Shown: piece by piece, positions 9,606 through 20,557 of the stretch
Position numbering within the stretch: the stretch's first letter is position 1
Layout: every line of letters begins with the position of its first letter
Origin: Myxococcota bacterium
GTDB lineage: Bacteria > Myxococcota_A > UBA9160 > UBA6930
Length of the DNA: 64,000 nucleotides
Reading direction: 5' to 3'
Assembly (NCBI GenBank): GCA_965223705.1
Contig: OZ245015.1
Coordinates: forward strand, 4,224,001 to 4,288,000
Notes under the pieces: model-generated
Told to the model about the DNA's origin: nothing
Databases searched by the model: none
What the model saw: the letters and a program-made list of their open reading frames with translations, nothing else
Translations under genes and position numbers: made by a program

Positions 9606-10804
9606 CTGCCCAGGCGTCGGTGTGTATCCGACACGAGCGTTTCCAGAGAGAGGCCGAAGGGGCAAGCGCCTGTACATGTGCGTTCGGCGCATGACAAACA
9701 CGGCGAAGCATCTGGCGTAAGACCTCGGTATTCGCTGCGAGCGAAAGCCTCGTCTTCGTAATCGAGGGCATACATCCGGGTGCGCAGAACTTCGGCGATG
9801 GGCACGCCCGCCGCACAGGCGTCGCTGCACGCGTCGCAACCGTAGCGGCATTGGCGGTCACTCTGGGCTGTGACGTAGCGGCGCAGCAGCTCTTGCTCGG
9901 CGAGCCCGGGCGGTGTCCCGCCCGATGCGCCGACGTATTCGTCGACCTGCGCGGGCGTCTTCATCGTCACCACCAGGCTGTCGACGAGCCCTCCGGCGAG
10001 CACCCAGCGAAACGCGGCTTGCGCGTACGTCGCGCCACCGGCTTCAAACGGCCGCATGTCGTTCAATTTCGCGCCCATGAGCGTCTTCATGGCGACGATG
10101 CCGACCCCACCTTGGCGCGCCTTGGCCAGCACTCGCGGGAGATCGGGTTGGCGGGCGATCCAATCGAGGCTCTTCGTGAAACGCTCGTAGAAAGACGGGT
10201 CCTGGCCGAAGTTGTACGCGACGAGGATGACGTCGACGAGGCTCTCATCCAGCGCGTAGTCGAGGCACGGTATGAGATTGCCGCCGTGCCCACTCATTCC
10301 GGTAAAGCGAATCTTCCCCTGCGCCTTCGCTTTCGCGACGAACTCGCCCCAGGCTCCGTTCTTCAAGCGGGCGACATCGTTTACCGCGTGATTGAAGTAC
10401 ACGTCGATACGGTCGGTGCGCAGACGCCGCAAGCTCGCTTCGAGACTTCGCATGAGCGAAGCTTCGCGGGTACTCGCTCCACAGTGCACCTTCGAAGCCA
10501 GAACGATCTTCTCGCGGTGTCCCGCAAGCGCCTTGCCCAACGTGGTTTCGGAATTGCCCGAGGTGTAACTCTCGGCCGTATCGAAGTAGTTGATGCCTCG
10601 ATCGAGAGCGCGGAGCACAACGGATTCATCTCCGCGGAGACGACTCGCGCCGAATCCGATATCCGCGACTTCCAGGCCGGTGCGGCCGAGCGGGACGTAG
10701 CGCTTCACGGTCGGTGAGCCCTCGGCGCCGACCCCAGAGGGAATCGCCAGACCGAGACCCGTTGCCGTCGTGCTTCTCAAGAACGTTCTTCGGTTGAGAA
10801 TCAT
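9602..10804 (-). CDS. Aldo/keto reductase with Tat-like signal and C-terminal Fe-S-binding cysteines
   Basis: MILNRRTFL leader; LGRTGL, GINYFDTAESY, SLRRLRTDRID; CRYGCDACSDAC and CLSC...CTGACP. Confidence 0.88.
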   Translation of the reverse strand: MILNRRTFLRSTTATGLGLAIPSGVGAEGSPTVKRYVPLGRTGLEVADIGFGASRLRGDESVVLRALDRGINYFDTAESYTSGNSETTLGKALAGHREKIVLASKVHCGASTREASLMRSLEASLRRLRTDRIDVYFNHAVNDVARLKNGAWGEFVAKAKAQGKIRFTGMSGHGGNLIPCLDYALDESLVDVILVAYNFGQDPSFYERFTKSLDWIARQPDLPRVLAKARQGGVGIVAMKTLMGAKLNDMRPFEAGGATYAQAAFRWVLAGGLVDSLVVTMKTPAQVDEYVGASGGTPPGLAEQELLRRYVTAQSDRQCRYGCDACSDACAAGVPIAEVLRTRMYALDYEDEAFARSEYRGLTPDASPCLSCAERTCTGACPFGLSLETLVSDTHRRLGS

Positions 10805-10855
10805 CGCCGCGTGAAGTGTAGCGCCCCGCGCGTCGACCAGGGGTATCATGCCGCG

Positions 10856-11617
10856 ATGAGCATTCGAATGCGCGCCATGACTTGCGGACACCTGAGCTGT
10901 AACGCCGGCCCGTTTATGGAGGGGTTGACCGGCCGAATCACCCTGCCCATTCCGAGCTACCTCATCGAACACCCGAAGGGCACCCTGCTCTTCGATACCG
11001 GCTTGCACCCGACGCTTCGAGAGGATCCGGTCGAACGCCTGGGCGGTATGTCGAAGATTTTTGAGATCGACTACGGAGCTGGCGAAGACGTGTCGGCTCG
11101 TCTTCAATCGATCGACGTCGACCCGGCCAGCATCGATATCGTCGTCAACTCCCATCTGCATTTCGATCATGCGGGCGGCAATGAACTGATTCCGAACGCG
11201 CGGCTCATCATCCAGCAACCCGAATGGGAGGCCGGTGCGGAACCCGACGCACAGAAGAAGAACGGCTTCAATCCCGCCGATTACGATTTGGGCCACGAGG
11301 TCGTGCTCGCCACCGGCGAGCACGATGTGTTTGGCGACGGCAGTGTGGTCTGCGTGCCGACTTATGGTCACACGCCCGGTCATCAATCGCTCCGCGTGCG
11401 ACTCGACGGCGGCGAAATCGTTTTGACCGGTGACGCGTGCTACTTCCGCGAGACGCTCGAATCGATGCGCCTACCGAGCTTCGCGCATGACTTCGACGAA
11501 ATGCGCCGCTCCCTGCAGACGCTTCGGAAGCTGCGGGATCGCGGGGCGAGAATTTTCTTCGGGCACGACCCGGAGTTCTGGAAAGACGTGCCGCAAGCGC
11601 CTCTGGAGATCGCTTAG
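10856..11617 (+). CDS. N-acyl-homoserine lactonase-family metallo-beta-lactamase-fold hydrolase
   Basis: SHLHFDHAGG (HxHxDH), GHTPGHQS, TGDACY, GHD. Confidence 0.88.
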   Translation: MSIRMRAMTCGHLSCNAGPFMEGLTGRITLPIPSYLIEHPKGTLLFDTGLHPTLREDPVERLGGMSKIFEIDYGAGEDVSARLQSIDVDPASIDIVVNSHLHFDHAGGNELIPNARLIIQQPEWEAGAEPDAQKKNGFNPADYDLGHEVVLATGEHDVFGDGSVVCVPTYGHTPGHQSLRVRLDGGEIVLTGDACYFRETLESMRLPSFAHDFDEMRRSLQTLRKLRDRGARIFFGHDPEFWKDVPQAPLEIA

Positions 11618-11619
11618 AG

Positions 11620-12468
11620 ATGAAGTACGGAATTTCCCTGTTTCCGACCGATTATTCGGCGACCCCGGTGGAGATCGCTCAAGCGACGGAAGAGCGCGGC
11701 TTCGAGTCGCTGTGGCTGCCCGAACACTCCCACATTCCGGTTCATCGCACTTCCGAGTGGCCGGGCGGCGACACGATCCCGAAGATGTACTACGACGCGC
11801 TCGACCCGTTCGTCGGCCTCGCCGCCGCGGCGGCCGTGACGGATCGCCTTCTCCTCGCGACAGGCATCTGCCTCGTGGTGCAGCGGGACCCGATCCAAAC
11901 GGCGAAAGACGTCGCCAGCCTCGACGTCGTGTCGAAGGGGCGCTTCTTGTTCGGCATCGGCGGCGGCTGGAACGCCGAAGAGATCGAGAATCACGGGACG
12001 CCGTTTCAAGGCCGCTTCAAGGTGATGCGCGAGCGCATCGAAGCCATGAAAGAAATCTGGACGAAAGACAAAGCGGAGTACCACGGCGATAGCGTCAACT
12101 TCGACCCGATCTACGCGTGGCCGAAGCCGGTGCAGAAACCGCACCCCCCGATCCACGTCGGCGGAGCGTTTCCCGGCGCCGCGCGCCGAGCGATTCGCTA
12201 CGGCGACGGGTGGTTTCCGATCCTCGGGCGCGATCCGGAACCGATCGAAGTCATCATTCCGAAGTTTCGAGCCATGGCGGAAGAGGCCGGGCGCGATCCC
12301 AAAGCGCTTGAAGTCTCCCTCTTCGCGCCGCCCACCGATGAAAAGGGGCTCGCAGCCCTTCGCGACGTCGGTCTCGATCGCGTCGTCTACCTCTTGCCGC
12401 CCGAACCGATCGAAAAACTCGTGCCGATCCTCGATGAACGCCGCGCCCTGATGGAAGCCGTCGGCTAG
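11620..12468 (+). CDS. LLM-class (probably F420-dependent) oxidoreductase
   Basis: GFESLWLPEHSHIP, DPFVGL, GIGGGWNAEE, PKPVQKPHPPI. Confidence 0.88.
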   Translation: MKYGISLFPTDYSATPVEIAQATEERGFESLWLPEHSHIPVHRTSEWPGGDTIPKMYYDALDPFVGLAAAAAVTDRLLLATGICLVVQRDPIQTAKDVASLDVVSKGRFLFGIGGGWNAEEIENHGTPFQGRFKVMRERIEAMKEIWTKDKAEYHGDSVNFDPIYAWPKPVQKPHPPIHVGGAFPGAARRAIRYGDGWFPILGRDPEPIEVIIPKFRAMAEEAGRDPKALEVSLFAPPTDEKGLAALRDVGLDRVVYLLPPEPIEKLVPILDERRALMEAVG

Positions 12469-13700
12469 GCGAGCGATTCGGCGACCGCTCGGGCGGCGAG
12501 ACGCCCGGAGCGGAGCGCGCCCGACAGGGACGCCATTTCGAGGTGATCACCGGCGACGAAGATCCCATCGGCTCGCCGCACGGAGCGCGAGATCGGCTCG
12601 AGCGCGGGCGGCACCTGCCTCGGTAGCGCGCCGGTGATGCGGTCGACGCGCAGGAGCCGCCACCCGTCCGTCGCCGATCCGTGGGGCGCGGACAGTTCAC
12701 GCCGAACCGCAACGTCGAGCTCTGCATCGGGCAAGTCCGAAGGCTCGCGCAGCGTGACAGAAATCAGCGACCGACCGGAAGGCGCGTATCCCGGCGCGAT
12801 CTGCTCCGCGGGGAACCAAAGGTTCACGAGGCCGCCACGGTCTCCGTTCACGGTCAGCCAAGGTGCTCGGTAAGGTGGCTCACTGGCGGCGTAGTAGAGG
12901 CACACCGTCCCATTCATCGACGGCTCGGAGTCTCCGAGCAGCGCAGCAGACGCTCGGGGGCCAGCGGCCACGACCGTGGCGTCCGCATCGAGAGAGGAGC
13001 CGTCGGCGAGCGCGACGCTTTTCGGGGAGACGCTCGCCACCCGCACTCCGAGTCGTATCGAGCGGAGATCGGCAGCGAGCTGCGCCGGGACGCTCGCCAT
13101 TCCGCGATTGGGGAGCGACGCGTCTCCGATCGCGAACGAGCGAAAGACGAACTCGAAAAATCGCGAGGACGTCGCGAGTGAGCTCTCGAGAAAGACACCC
13201 GAGAAAAACGGCTGGAGGAACGCCTCGACAAACCCGGTAGAGAAACCGACCTCGTCGAGGAGCGTCCGGGTCGACTGCTCCGGCCGCTTGAGCAGTTCGT
13301 CGAGCGGCGAACGCAGCAATCGACGGCGCAGAGACCACAACCGGCGAATGTCCGAGAGTGACGCGAATGGTGCCGCCAGCGTCGCGAACACGTCGCCGGG
13401 TCGACGCGAAGGGTCGCCCAGGTGGTGAAAGCGACCGTCTCGCCAGATCTTTACGCCGGGCCGAAAAGGTCTTAAGTCGAGCGCGCCGAGATCGAGCGCG
13501 GCTCGCGACTCGGGGTAGCCCGTGAGCAGAACCTGAAAACCCCGGTCCAGCAAGAAGCCTTCGACGTTGTCCGTCCGAACACGCCCGCCGACACGTGAAT
13601 CCGACTCCAGGACCGTGACCTGAATTCCTCTGCGCTCGAGGTTCCGCGCACAGGCCAAGCCGGCGATACCGGCCCCGACGACAATGACGTGGTGACTCAC
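12465..13700 (-). CDS. FAD-dependent amine-oxidase/phytoene-desaturase-like oxidoreductase
   Basis: VVGAGIAGL, GGRVRTD, LDRGFQV, AGD...GALRSG. Confidence 0.88.
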   Translation of the reverse strand: MSHHVIVVGAGIAGLACARNLERRGIQVTVLESDSRVGGRVRTDNVEGFLLDRGFQVLLTGYPESRAALDLGALDLRPFRPGVKIWRDGRFHHLGDPSRRPGDVFATLAAPFASLSDIRRLWSLRRRLLRSPLDELLKRPEQSTRTLLDEVGFSTGFVEAFLQPFFSGVFLESSLATSSRFFEFVFRSFAIGDASLPNRGMASVPAQLAADLRSIRLGVRVASVSPKSVALADGSSLDADATVVAAGPRASAALLGDSEPSMNGTVCLYYAASEPPYRAPWLTVNGDRGGLVNLWFPAEQIAPGYAPSGRSLISVTLREPSDLPDAELDVAVRRELSAPHGSATDGWRLLRVDRITGALPRQVPPALEPISRSVRRADGIFVAGDHLEMASLSGALRSGRLAARAVAESLA

Positions 13701-13738
13701 GACTGCTCCGAATCTAGCGACCGGGGTACCCTCTCGTC

Positions 13739-14923
13739 ATGCGATTTGCGTCCGCCGTGTCATCTCGGGTCGAGGCCGAGCGCGCCGTCGAAGAAGTCGC
13801 ACGGAAGGCCCGAGACCAGCTCGGCTCCGCCGTGTGTCAGCTCGTCGTGGCCTTTGTGACGCAACCGCTTTCGGACCGTGCGGGCGCGGTGATTGAATCA
13901 CTCCGCGCCGCGTTTCCCGACGCGACTCTCCTCGCCTCGAGCGCCCATAGCGCCATCGGTGCAGGTCGAGAGCTCGAGGGGGAGTCCGCTCTGGCGATTG
14001 TCGCGGGCGCACTTCCCGACTGCGATCTCAGACCCTTCGCTCTTCCTTCGGACCGGCCGGACCGTACCGACAACCTCGCTCGGGGTTTCGAGGAAGCGGG
14101 TATCGACCCCTCTTCGGCTCGAGGTTTCCTCCTGCTCATTCATCCGAACTCAGCGGGCGTCGAAAGCCTGCTCGGAGAGTTCGCTGAAGTCTCGTGCGAC
14201 GCACCCGTCGCGGGTGGCATAGCCAGCGGAGAAGGCGGCCTCGAATCGATGTGGGTCTCGGTGGACGACGAAGTGCGACGCGGAGGGTGCGTCGGAGTCG
14301 CGGTCGGTGGTCCGGTGGGCATGGATCTATTGGTCGCCCAGGGTTGCCGACCCGTCGGTACGCCGAGCTTCGCGACGCGCACGGAGGGCAACGCGATCCT
14401 CGAACTCGACGGACGACCTCCCCTCGAGGTCCTTCAGGAAGTCTTCGACGCCGCAGACCCGCGCGAGCGGCGACTCCTCCAAAGCGCCTTGTTCATCGGC
14501 CTCGGGATGGCGGAAGGCGAGAGCCGGTACGGCCGGGGCGATTTTCTTGTGCGCAACTTAATGGGCGTGCACGAGGAAAGCGGGGCGCTCGTCCTTCCGT
14601 CGGTACCGCCTCCGCGAAGCGTGGTGCAGTTTCACGTTCGCGACGCGGAATCCGCCGCCGCCGATCTCGAACAACAGGCCGAAGCGCTTCGCGCGCGCGC
14701 GCCCGACGCCCGCGGGGCGCTGTTGTTCTCGTGCCTGGGTCGAGGTCGGGGTCTGTACGGCGTCGCGAACCACGACACCGATCTCTTGGCCCGATTCTTC
14801 CCCTCGGTTCCCGCCGCGGGCTTCTTTTGCAACGGCGAAATCGGACCGGTGGGCGGACGCACGTACCTCCACAACTATACGAGCGTCTACACCGTGTTCC
14901 GCCCAGCCGAACCGCTCGCCTAG
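13739..14923 (+). CDS. FIST sensory-domain protein
   Basis: [43 protein letters not shown]. Confidence 0.9.
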   Translation: MRFASAVSSRVEAERAVEEVARKARDQLGSAVCQLVVAFVTQPLSDRAGAVIESLRAAFPDATLLASSAHSAIGAGRELEGESALAIVAGALPDCDLRPFALPSDRPDRTDNLARGFEEAGIDPSSARGFLLLIHPNSAGVESLLGEFAEVSCDAPVAGGIASGEGGLESMWVSVDDEVRRGGCVGVAVGGPVGMDLLVAQGCRPVGTPSFATRTEGNAILELDGRPPLEVLQEVFDAADPRERRLLQSALFIGLGMAEGESRYGRGDFLVRNLMGVHEESGALVLPSVPPPRSVVQFHVRDAESAAADLEQQAEALRARAPDARGALLFSCLGRGRGLYGVANHDTDLLARFFPSVPAAGFFCNGEIGPVGGRTYLHNYTSVYTVFRPAEPLA

Positions 14924-16143
14924 GCGCGCTCCTTGTCGCGATGCTTGCGCAGCTCGAGGCGAGCCACGGCGCGGCGGTGAACTTCGTCGGGACCGTCGGC
15001 GAGCCGAAGTGTCCGGATGCTCGCGTACATCCGCGCGAGGCCGAAGTCGGTGGTCACGCCGCCGCCGCCGTGCGCTTGGATCGCGTCGTCGATCACTTGA
15101 AGCGCCATGATCGGCGCCTTCACCTTGATCATGGCGATCTCGGCTTTCGCGACTTTGTTGCCCACGGTGTCCATCATGTACGCGGCCTTGAGCGTCAACA
15201 GGCGCGAGCACTCGATCTCGATGCGCGCGTCTGCGATGCGCTCTTCCCAGAGTGAGTGCTCGGCGATCTTCTTGCCGAACGCTTCCCGCGACATGAGTCG
15301 TTCGCACATCTTCTCGAGGGCGCGCTCTGCGACACCGATGGTGCGCATGCAGTGGTGGATGCGGCCCGGACCCAGACGCCCCTGCGCGATCTCGAAGCCC
15401 CGCCCCTCGCCGAGCAACATGTTGTCCGCCGGAACCCGCGCGTTTTCAAAACGCAGCTCTGCGTGGCCGTGGGGCGCGTCGTCGTAGCCGAATACAGGGA
15501 GGTGGCGAACGATATGAACGCCGGGCGTATCCATTGGAACGATGATCTGACTCTGTTGGTGGTGACGATCCGCATCGGGATTGCTGCGACCCATCACGAT
15601 CATCACTTTGCATCGCGGATCGAAGACGCCCGAGCTCCACCACTTGCGACCGTTGATCACATACTCGTCACCGTCGCGCCGGATCTCGGTCCGGATATTC
15701 GTCGCGTCCGACGACGCGACATCCGGTTCGGTCATGATGTAGGCGGACCGGATGTCGCCGTCGAGGAGCGGCTGCAACCAGAGGTCTTTGTTTCTCTCGG
15801 ACGCGTAGCGCTCGAACACTTCCATGTTGCCCGTGTCCGGCGCGGAGCAGTTGAATACCTCGGAAGCCCACGAGACGCGGCCCATTTCCTCGGACAGGGG
15901 CGCGTATTCGAGGTTGGTCAGGCCGGCCCCACGCTCGCTTTCAGGAAGAAACAGGTTCCACAGCCCGGCTTCCTTGGCCTTCGCTTTGAGCTCGTCGAGC
16001 ACCGCCGGCACCTGCCAGCGATCGGTCCCGAACGCCGCCATCTGCTCGTCCCACACCGACTCGTTCGGGTAGACGTGCTTGTCCATGAAGTCGCGGACTT
16101 GGCCGATCAGGTATTTCGTCTTTTCGCTGTATTCGAAAATCAT
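14920..16143 (-). CDS. Acyl-CoA dehydrogenase
   Basis: ATG at 16143; [49 protein letters not shown]. Confidence 0.93.
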   Translation of the reverse strand: MIFEYSEKTKYLIGQVRDFMDKHVYPNESVWDEQMAAFGTDRWQVPAVLDELKAKAKEAGLWNLFLPESERGAGLTNLEYAPLSEEMGRVSWASEVFNCSAPDTGNMEVFERYASERNKDLWLQPLLDGDIRSAYIMTEPDVASSDATNIRTEIRRDGDEYVINGRKWWSSGVFDPRCKVMIVMGRSNPDADRHHQQSQIIVPMDTPGVHIVRHLPVFGYDDAPHGHAELRFENARVPADNMLLGEGRGFEIAQGRLGPGRIHHCMRTIGVAERALEKMCERLMSREAFGKKIAEHSLWEERIADARIEIECSRLLTLKAAYMMDTVGNKVAKAEIAMIKVKAPIMALQVIDDAIQAHGGGGVTTDFGLARMYASIRTLRLADGPDEVHRRAVARLELRKHRDKERA

Positions 16144-17723
16144 GTCGCAGGATCCTTGTTCTGTGGGACGGCCGAGTCTACCAAAGCTGCGGGAGAGACC
16201 GTCGGGAGGCGCCGCGCGCCGACGTAGGGCTCGGGCTTGGCGATCTTGATCAGCTGACCTTCGCTCAGCTCGACCTCGCTGAAAACGTTGTTCATGACCG
16301 CGGTTTTCTGAATCGGCCAGACGTTCCCCGTGCGCTCGGACAGCTCGAACAAGCTCTCGCCCTCGATGGCTCGCACCAAGCGAAGGCGGTTTCCCGAAAT
16401 GCGAAGCCTGTCGGAGGCCGTCAGCGGACGGAAGCTGCGGGCGGCCGCACGGAAGCTGCCCTGATACTTGAGAAACGCCGTAGACGGCGTCGATCCGATC
16501 ATCCGGAACACCTTGCCCTGGTGGGCGACGAACGTGATCTCCGCGTGGAGCGACTGCCCCTTGGCGGCCGCGGCCTTGCCTTCGAGCCGGAAGGCCGCCA
16601 GGTGACCGAGCTTGATCGGCTTGCCCTCGATTGCGTGGAAGCCCAACCGCAAGCCATCGCCCAGGACGTAGTCGTTCGCGGCGACTTCGGGATCGTCCCC
16701 TTCGCTGTCGAATTCGAGGACGAAGCTCGAGCGGCCGTCGGGCGCCTGGGCCCCGACGAACTGCTGGGTGTTCTTGAGCTCCCAACCCTTCGGGAAGTGA
16801 ATCGAGAAGTCGAGATCCGCGTGGAGGAAGAGCTCGTCGCGGAACACCCCGCCGGCCGGGTTCTCTCCCACGATCAATCCGTCGAGCCGCTCGAGGTAGG
16901 CGGAACTGTCGTCGCTCGAGCCCGCGCGCCGCTCCCAGCGCAGGGTTTGCGCGTAACTCGCCGCAGCGGCCGATCGGCTCGGCGTCGTGGGGTGCGTGTC
17001 GAAGAATGAAGGAAGTCGGCTGCGACCGAGGACCAGCCTCTCGGAGCTACTCAGACTCTTGAGAAAAGTGACCATGGCCGCGGGGTCGTAGCCCGCAAGG
17101 CTCGTAATTTTCTGCCCCATCCGGTCGGCGGCGCGCTCCTGATCGCGGCTGTACGCCGCGATGTACGCCGGGTTCGTGTACTTGATGGAGTTCGCCACAC
17201 GCTTGCCAGCCTTCTCACCGAGGACCGCTCCCACCACGGCACCCGGCAGACCCAACAAATTCCCGCGCTGCGCGATGACCTGGCGGCCCGCGGCGTGGCG
17301 CGCCGAGACGTGCGTGATCTCGTGCCCGATGACATTCGCGAGCTCGTCTTCCGAGCCCGAGAGCGCCAGCAGGCCGCGGGAGACGTAGATGAAACCACCC
17401 GGGAGCGCGAACGCGTTCGGGATGTCCTGATCGACGATGCGAAACTGATACTCGAAGCTGCTGTGGGGCGCGTGGACGGAAATTCGGCGACCGAGGCTCT
17501 CGACGTAGGCGACGAGCTCCGGATCGTCGACGAGGCCCATCTCCGCCTCGACCCGTTTTGCGCCCTCCTCCCCGACTTTCCGATCCGCGTGTTCGCTCGA
17601 CAGGATGAGGTCGGGCGGTCGCTCGGACTCTGGCTCGGGCGGCGGTTTTGGGCGCGCGCAGCTCGTCGCCACAAGGAGGGCCAGAAAGATCCCTCCCAGT
17701 GCTCGATATCGTCTGCCAGCCAT
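16140..17723 (-). CDS. M48-family Zn metalloprotease lipoprotein with C-terminal LysM-like region
   Basis: Lipobox [19 protein letters not shown] (HExxH), YSRDQE, THP. Confidence 0.88.
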   Translation of the reverse strand: MAGRRYRALGGIFLALLVATSCARPKPPPEPESERPPDLILSSEHADRKVGEEGAKRVEAEMGLVDDPELVAYVESLGRRISVHAPHSSFEYQFRIVDQDIPNAFALPGGFIYVSRGLLALSGSEDELANVIGHEITHVSARHAAGRQVIAQRGNLLGLPGAVVGAVLGEKAGKRVANSIKYTNPAYIAAYSRDQERAADRMGQKITSLAGYDPAAMVTFLKSLSSSERLVLGRSRLPSFFDTHPTTPSRSAAAASYAQTLRWERRAGSSDDSSAYLERLDGLIVGENPAGGVFRDELFLHADLDFSIHFPKGWELKNTQQFVGAQAPDGRSSFVLEFDSEGDDPEVAANDYVLGDGLRLGFHAIEGKPIKLGHLAAFRLEGKAAAAKGQSLHAEITFVAHQGKVFRMIGSTPSTAFLKYQGSFRAAARSFRPLTASDRLRISGNRLRLVRAIEGESLFELSERTGNVWPIQKTAVMNNVFSEVELSEGQLIKIAKPEPYVGARRLPTVSPAALVDSAVPQNKDPAT

Positions 17724-17790
17724 TCGCAGCTCTCCCGAAACGGTATCATCGCCCAAGTCGCCGTCCGTCGCCGGGCGGTTCGGGGGGATC

Positions 17791-18828
17791 GTGGACGACG
17801 GCCACCGCGGGAGACGCGTCGAGGCGGTTTGCCTCATCATCATCGCGACCGTGCTCGGCGGTGCGGCGATCCGCTGGCTCGAACCTGTGATGATTCCCTT
17901 CGTGTTGGCGCTCTTCGTGGCGCTGGGTCTGAGCTCGCTCATCGCGTGGTTCCAGACCCGTTTGCGACTGCCTCGGATCCTCGCGATCGGCGCGACGTTC
18001 CTCGTCGCGGGCCTCTCGTTCGCCCTGGTGGCGTCGGTGGTTTCGGCCTCGATCGCGCAGCTCTCGGAAAACGCGGGCGTCTACCAAGCCCAAGCCACGC
18101 GGCTCCTCGAGCGCCTGGTGGCGTGGATCCCCGATTGGGCTCAGGCGTACCTGCCCGACGGCGGCGACGCGTTGGCCGAGCTTCCGATGGCCGGGGTGGG
18201 CAAGATGCTGCTCGGCACCACCGACACGGTGGTCAACCTCCTCTCGAAGTCGCTCCTGGTGCTCATCTTCGTGATCTTCTTGCTGGTCGGTCAGAGCACG
18301 AGCGCCGCCGCTTCGGGTGTCTGGGCCGAGATCGAAACGCGCGTGCAGCGCTACATCGTGATCAAAGCCGTGGTCTCGGCGCTCACGGGGCTACTCGTCG
18401 GCATCGTTCTTCGGACCCTCGACGTTCCCCTCGCAATGGCTTTCGGGCTCATGGCGTTCTTGCTGAACTTCATCCCGAGCGTGGGATCGCTGATCGCAAC
18501 CCTGCTGCCGATTCCGGTCGTGATGGTTTCGCCCGAAGTGACCCCGACCGCGGCGGTTCTCGCCTTGGCACTGCCCGCCGGCATTCAGCTCGCCGTTGGA
18601 AACTTCCTCGAGCCGAAATGGATGGGCGCGAGTCTCGACCTGCACCCCGTGGCCTTGCTGATGGCGCTCATCCTGTGGGGCATGTTGTGGGGCATCGCGG
18701 GGATGCTACTCGCCACCCCGATCACCGCGGTGATGAAGATTCTATTCGAGCGGCTCGATTCCACGCGCCCCCTCGCCGACCTGCTCGCAGGCCGGCTCGC
18801 GCGCTTGCGTTCTCCAGGAGTCGCCTGA
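17791..18828 (+). CDS. AI-2E family transporter
   Basis: Multi-TM; LNFIPSVG, GNFLEPK, LHP...WG.LWG..GMLLATP; GTG start inferred. Confidence 0.88.
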   Translation: MDDGHRGRRVEAVCLIIIATVLGGAAIRWLEPVMIPFVLALFVALGLSSLIAWFQTRLRLPRILAIGATFLVAGLSFALVASVVSASIAQLSENAGVYQAQATRLLERLVAWIPDWAQAYLPDGGDALAELPMAGVGKMLLGTTDTVVNLLSKSLLVLIFVIFLLVGQSTSAAASGVWAEIETRVQRYIVIKAVVSALTGLLVGIVLRTLDVPLAMAFGLMAFLLNFIPSVGSLIATLLPIPVVMVSPEVTPTAAVLALALPAGIQLAVGNFLEPKWMGASLDLHPVALLMALILWGMLWGIAGMLLATPITAVMKILFERLDSTRPLADLLAGRLARLRSPGVA

Positions 18829-18829
18829 G

Positions 18830-19762
18830 CTAAGCGAACGCTTTTCGGATGAACTCGGCTTCGAGATCGATCGCTTCACGCGCTTGGCTGAGCAAATGCG
18901 GGAAGAGCAAGAAGCCGTGGATCGTTCCCTCGAAGCGTTTCTGTGTCGTCGATACGCCCGCCGCCTCGAGCTTCTTCGCAAAGACCTCGCCCTCATCGCG
19001 CAGCGGATCGAACTCCGCAGTGATCACGAGGGCTTGGGGCAAGCCCTCGAGCTTTTCCGCGTAGAGCGGCGAAAGATAGGGATCGTCGAGATCGGTGCCG
19101 GCGGGGACGTAGTGCCCGTAGAAGTACTCCATGTCGGCTTTCTCGAGGAGGTAGCCCGTGCCGTTCTCGGCGATCGACGCCTGGGTGAGCTTCGCATCGA
19201 CGGCGGGGTACGAGAGCACCTGACACGTCAAACGCGGGCCGCCCTCGGCCTTCACCCGAAGTGCCACCGCAGCCGCCAAGTTTCCGCCGGCGCTGTCGCC
19301 GATCACCCCGAGCTTCGACGCGTCGACACCGAGCGAGGACGCGTTCTCCGCGACCCAACACAGGGCCGCGTAACAGTCATCGACGGCCGCGGGATACTTC
19401 GCCTCGGGAGCCAACCGGTAGTCCACCGAGATGAAGTTGCAACCGGCCCCCGACACGATGCGGCGACACAGGTCGTCGTGGGTTCCGGGATTCATGATGA
19501 CCCACCCGCCCCCGTGGTAGTGGAGCATGGTCGGCAACGACTTGCCCGGATCGGGCGAGTACAGGCGGTACGGGATATCGCCCGCCGGCCCGGGCAGCGT
19601 CCCGTCGACGACGTGCGCAACGGGGACAACCGCTTCGGGCGGTGTCTGAAACACCTGATTCGAAAGCGCTCGGGCCTCCTCGGGAGCGAGCGTGCTGAAG
19701 GACGGAACGTTTTGCTCGGCCAAGGTATCGAGCAGCGCCTGGGTTTCGGCGTTGACGGGCAT
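18830..19762 (-). CDS. Alpha/beta hydrolase, hormone-sensitive-lipase (family IV) esterase
   Basis: HGGGW, VDYRLAPE, GDSAGG, DPLRDEG, HGF. Confidence 0.92.
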   Translation of the reverse strand: MPVNAETQALLDTLAEQNVPSFSTLAPEEARALSNQVFQTPPEAVVPVAHVVDGTLPGPAGDIPYRLYSPDPGKSLPTMLHYHGGGWVIMNPGTHDDLCRRIVSGAGCNFISVDYRLAPEAKYPAAVDDCYAALCWVAENASSLGVDASKLGVIGDSAGGNLAAAVALRVKAEGGPRLTCQVLSYPAVDAKLTQASIAENGTGYLLEKADMEYFYGHYVPAGTDLDDPYLSPLYAEKLEGLPQALVITAEFDPLRDEGEVFAKKLEAAGVSTTQKRFEGTIHGFLLFPHLLSQAREAIDLEAEFIRKAFA

Positions 19763-19771
19763 GAGTACTCC

Positions 19772-20557
19772 TTAAGCGAAAAACTTCTGGACCGAGGTGA
19801 CAAACGCCTCGGGAACTTCGTAGGGAAGCAAATGCCCCGCGTTCTCGAACCACTCGAGCTTCGCGTGGGGCACGAGCTCCGCCCAGCGCTCACCATATGC
19901 GGGTACGATCAGCTTGTCGCTCTTCCCCCAAGCGATCTGAGTCTCCGCCTGGAGTCGGTACAAGCGTTTCGACAAGCGCCGGTTCGGAATCGGGAAGAGG
20001 ATCTTTCCCGCCGTGCCCATGCGCTTCGCGTTGTCCACCAAGAACTTCTCGAGTACGACCGGATCCTCGAAATCCACGCCTGCGGTGAGGAGCTTCATCG
20101 CGAACATCGGATCGTGTGCCAATACCGGAGGCCACTCGTGGGGAAGCATCGAGAAGAGATCCGGAATCGGATGTTCGTCGAGCCACAATCCGGCCGGACA
20201 CACGAGCTGAAGCTTTCCGACGTCGTTCGGTGCGATGCACGCCATTTCGGCGGCGATCATGCCGCCCATCGAATGGCCCATGAGGTGCGGCTTCTCACCC
20301 AGGTCGAGCGCATCGACGACGTCCCACGCGTGGAGCGTAAAGTCCAGCATGTCCTCGAGCGAGTCCTCGCCGCTCGATTGCCCGTAGCCCGGCCAATCGG
20401 GAGCGACGACGCGGAAGTGGTCCGCGAGTTCCTCGAGGAATGGATTCTCCTCGAACAGGCCGCCGGCTCCGTGGAGGAAGACCAGCGGCTGGCCCGAACC
20501 GCCTTCGAGGACGTGAATCTTGCGACCGGCACGTGTTTCGACGAATCGGCTCTCCAT
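19772..20557 (-). CDS. Alpha/beta hydrolase
   Basis: FLHGAG, PGYG, GHSMGG, AGH. Confidence 0.88.
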   Translation of the reverse strand: MESRFVETRAGRKIHVLEGGSGQPLVFLHGAGGLFEENPFLEELADHFRVVAPDWPGYGQSSGEDSLEDMLDFTLHAWDVVDALDLGEKPHLMGHSMGGMIAAEMACIAPNDVGKLQLVCPAGLWLDEHPIPDLFSMLPHEWPPVLAHDPMFAMKLLTAGVDFEDPVVLEKFLVDNAKRMGTAGKILFPIPNRRLSKRLYRLQAETQIAWGKSDKLIVPAYGERWAELVPHAKLEWFENAGHLLPYEVPEAFVTSVQKFFA

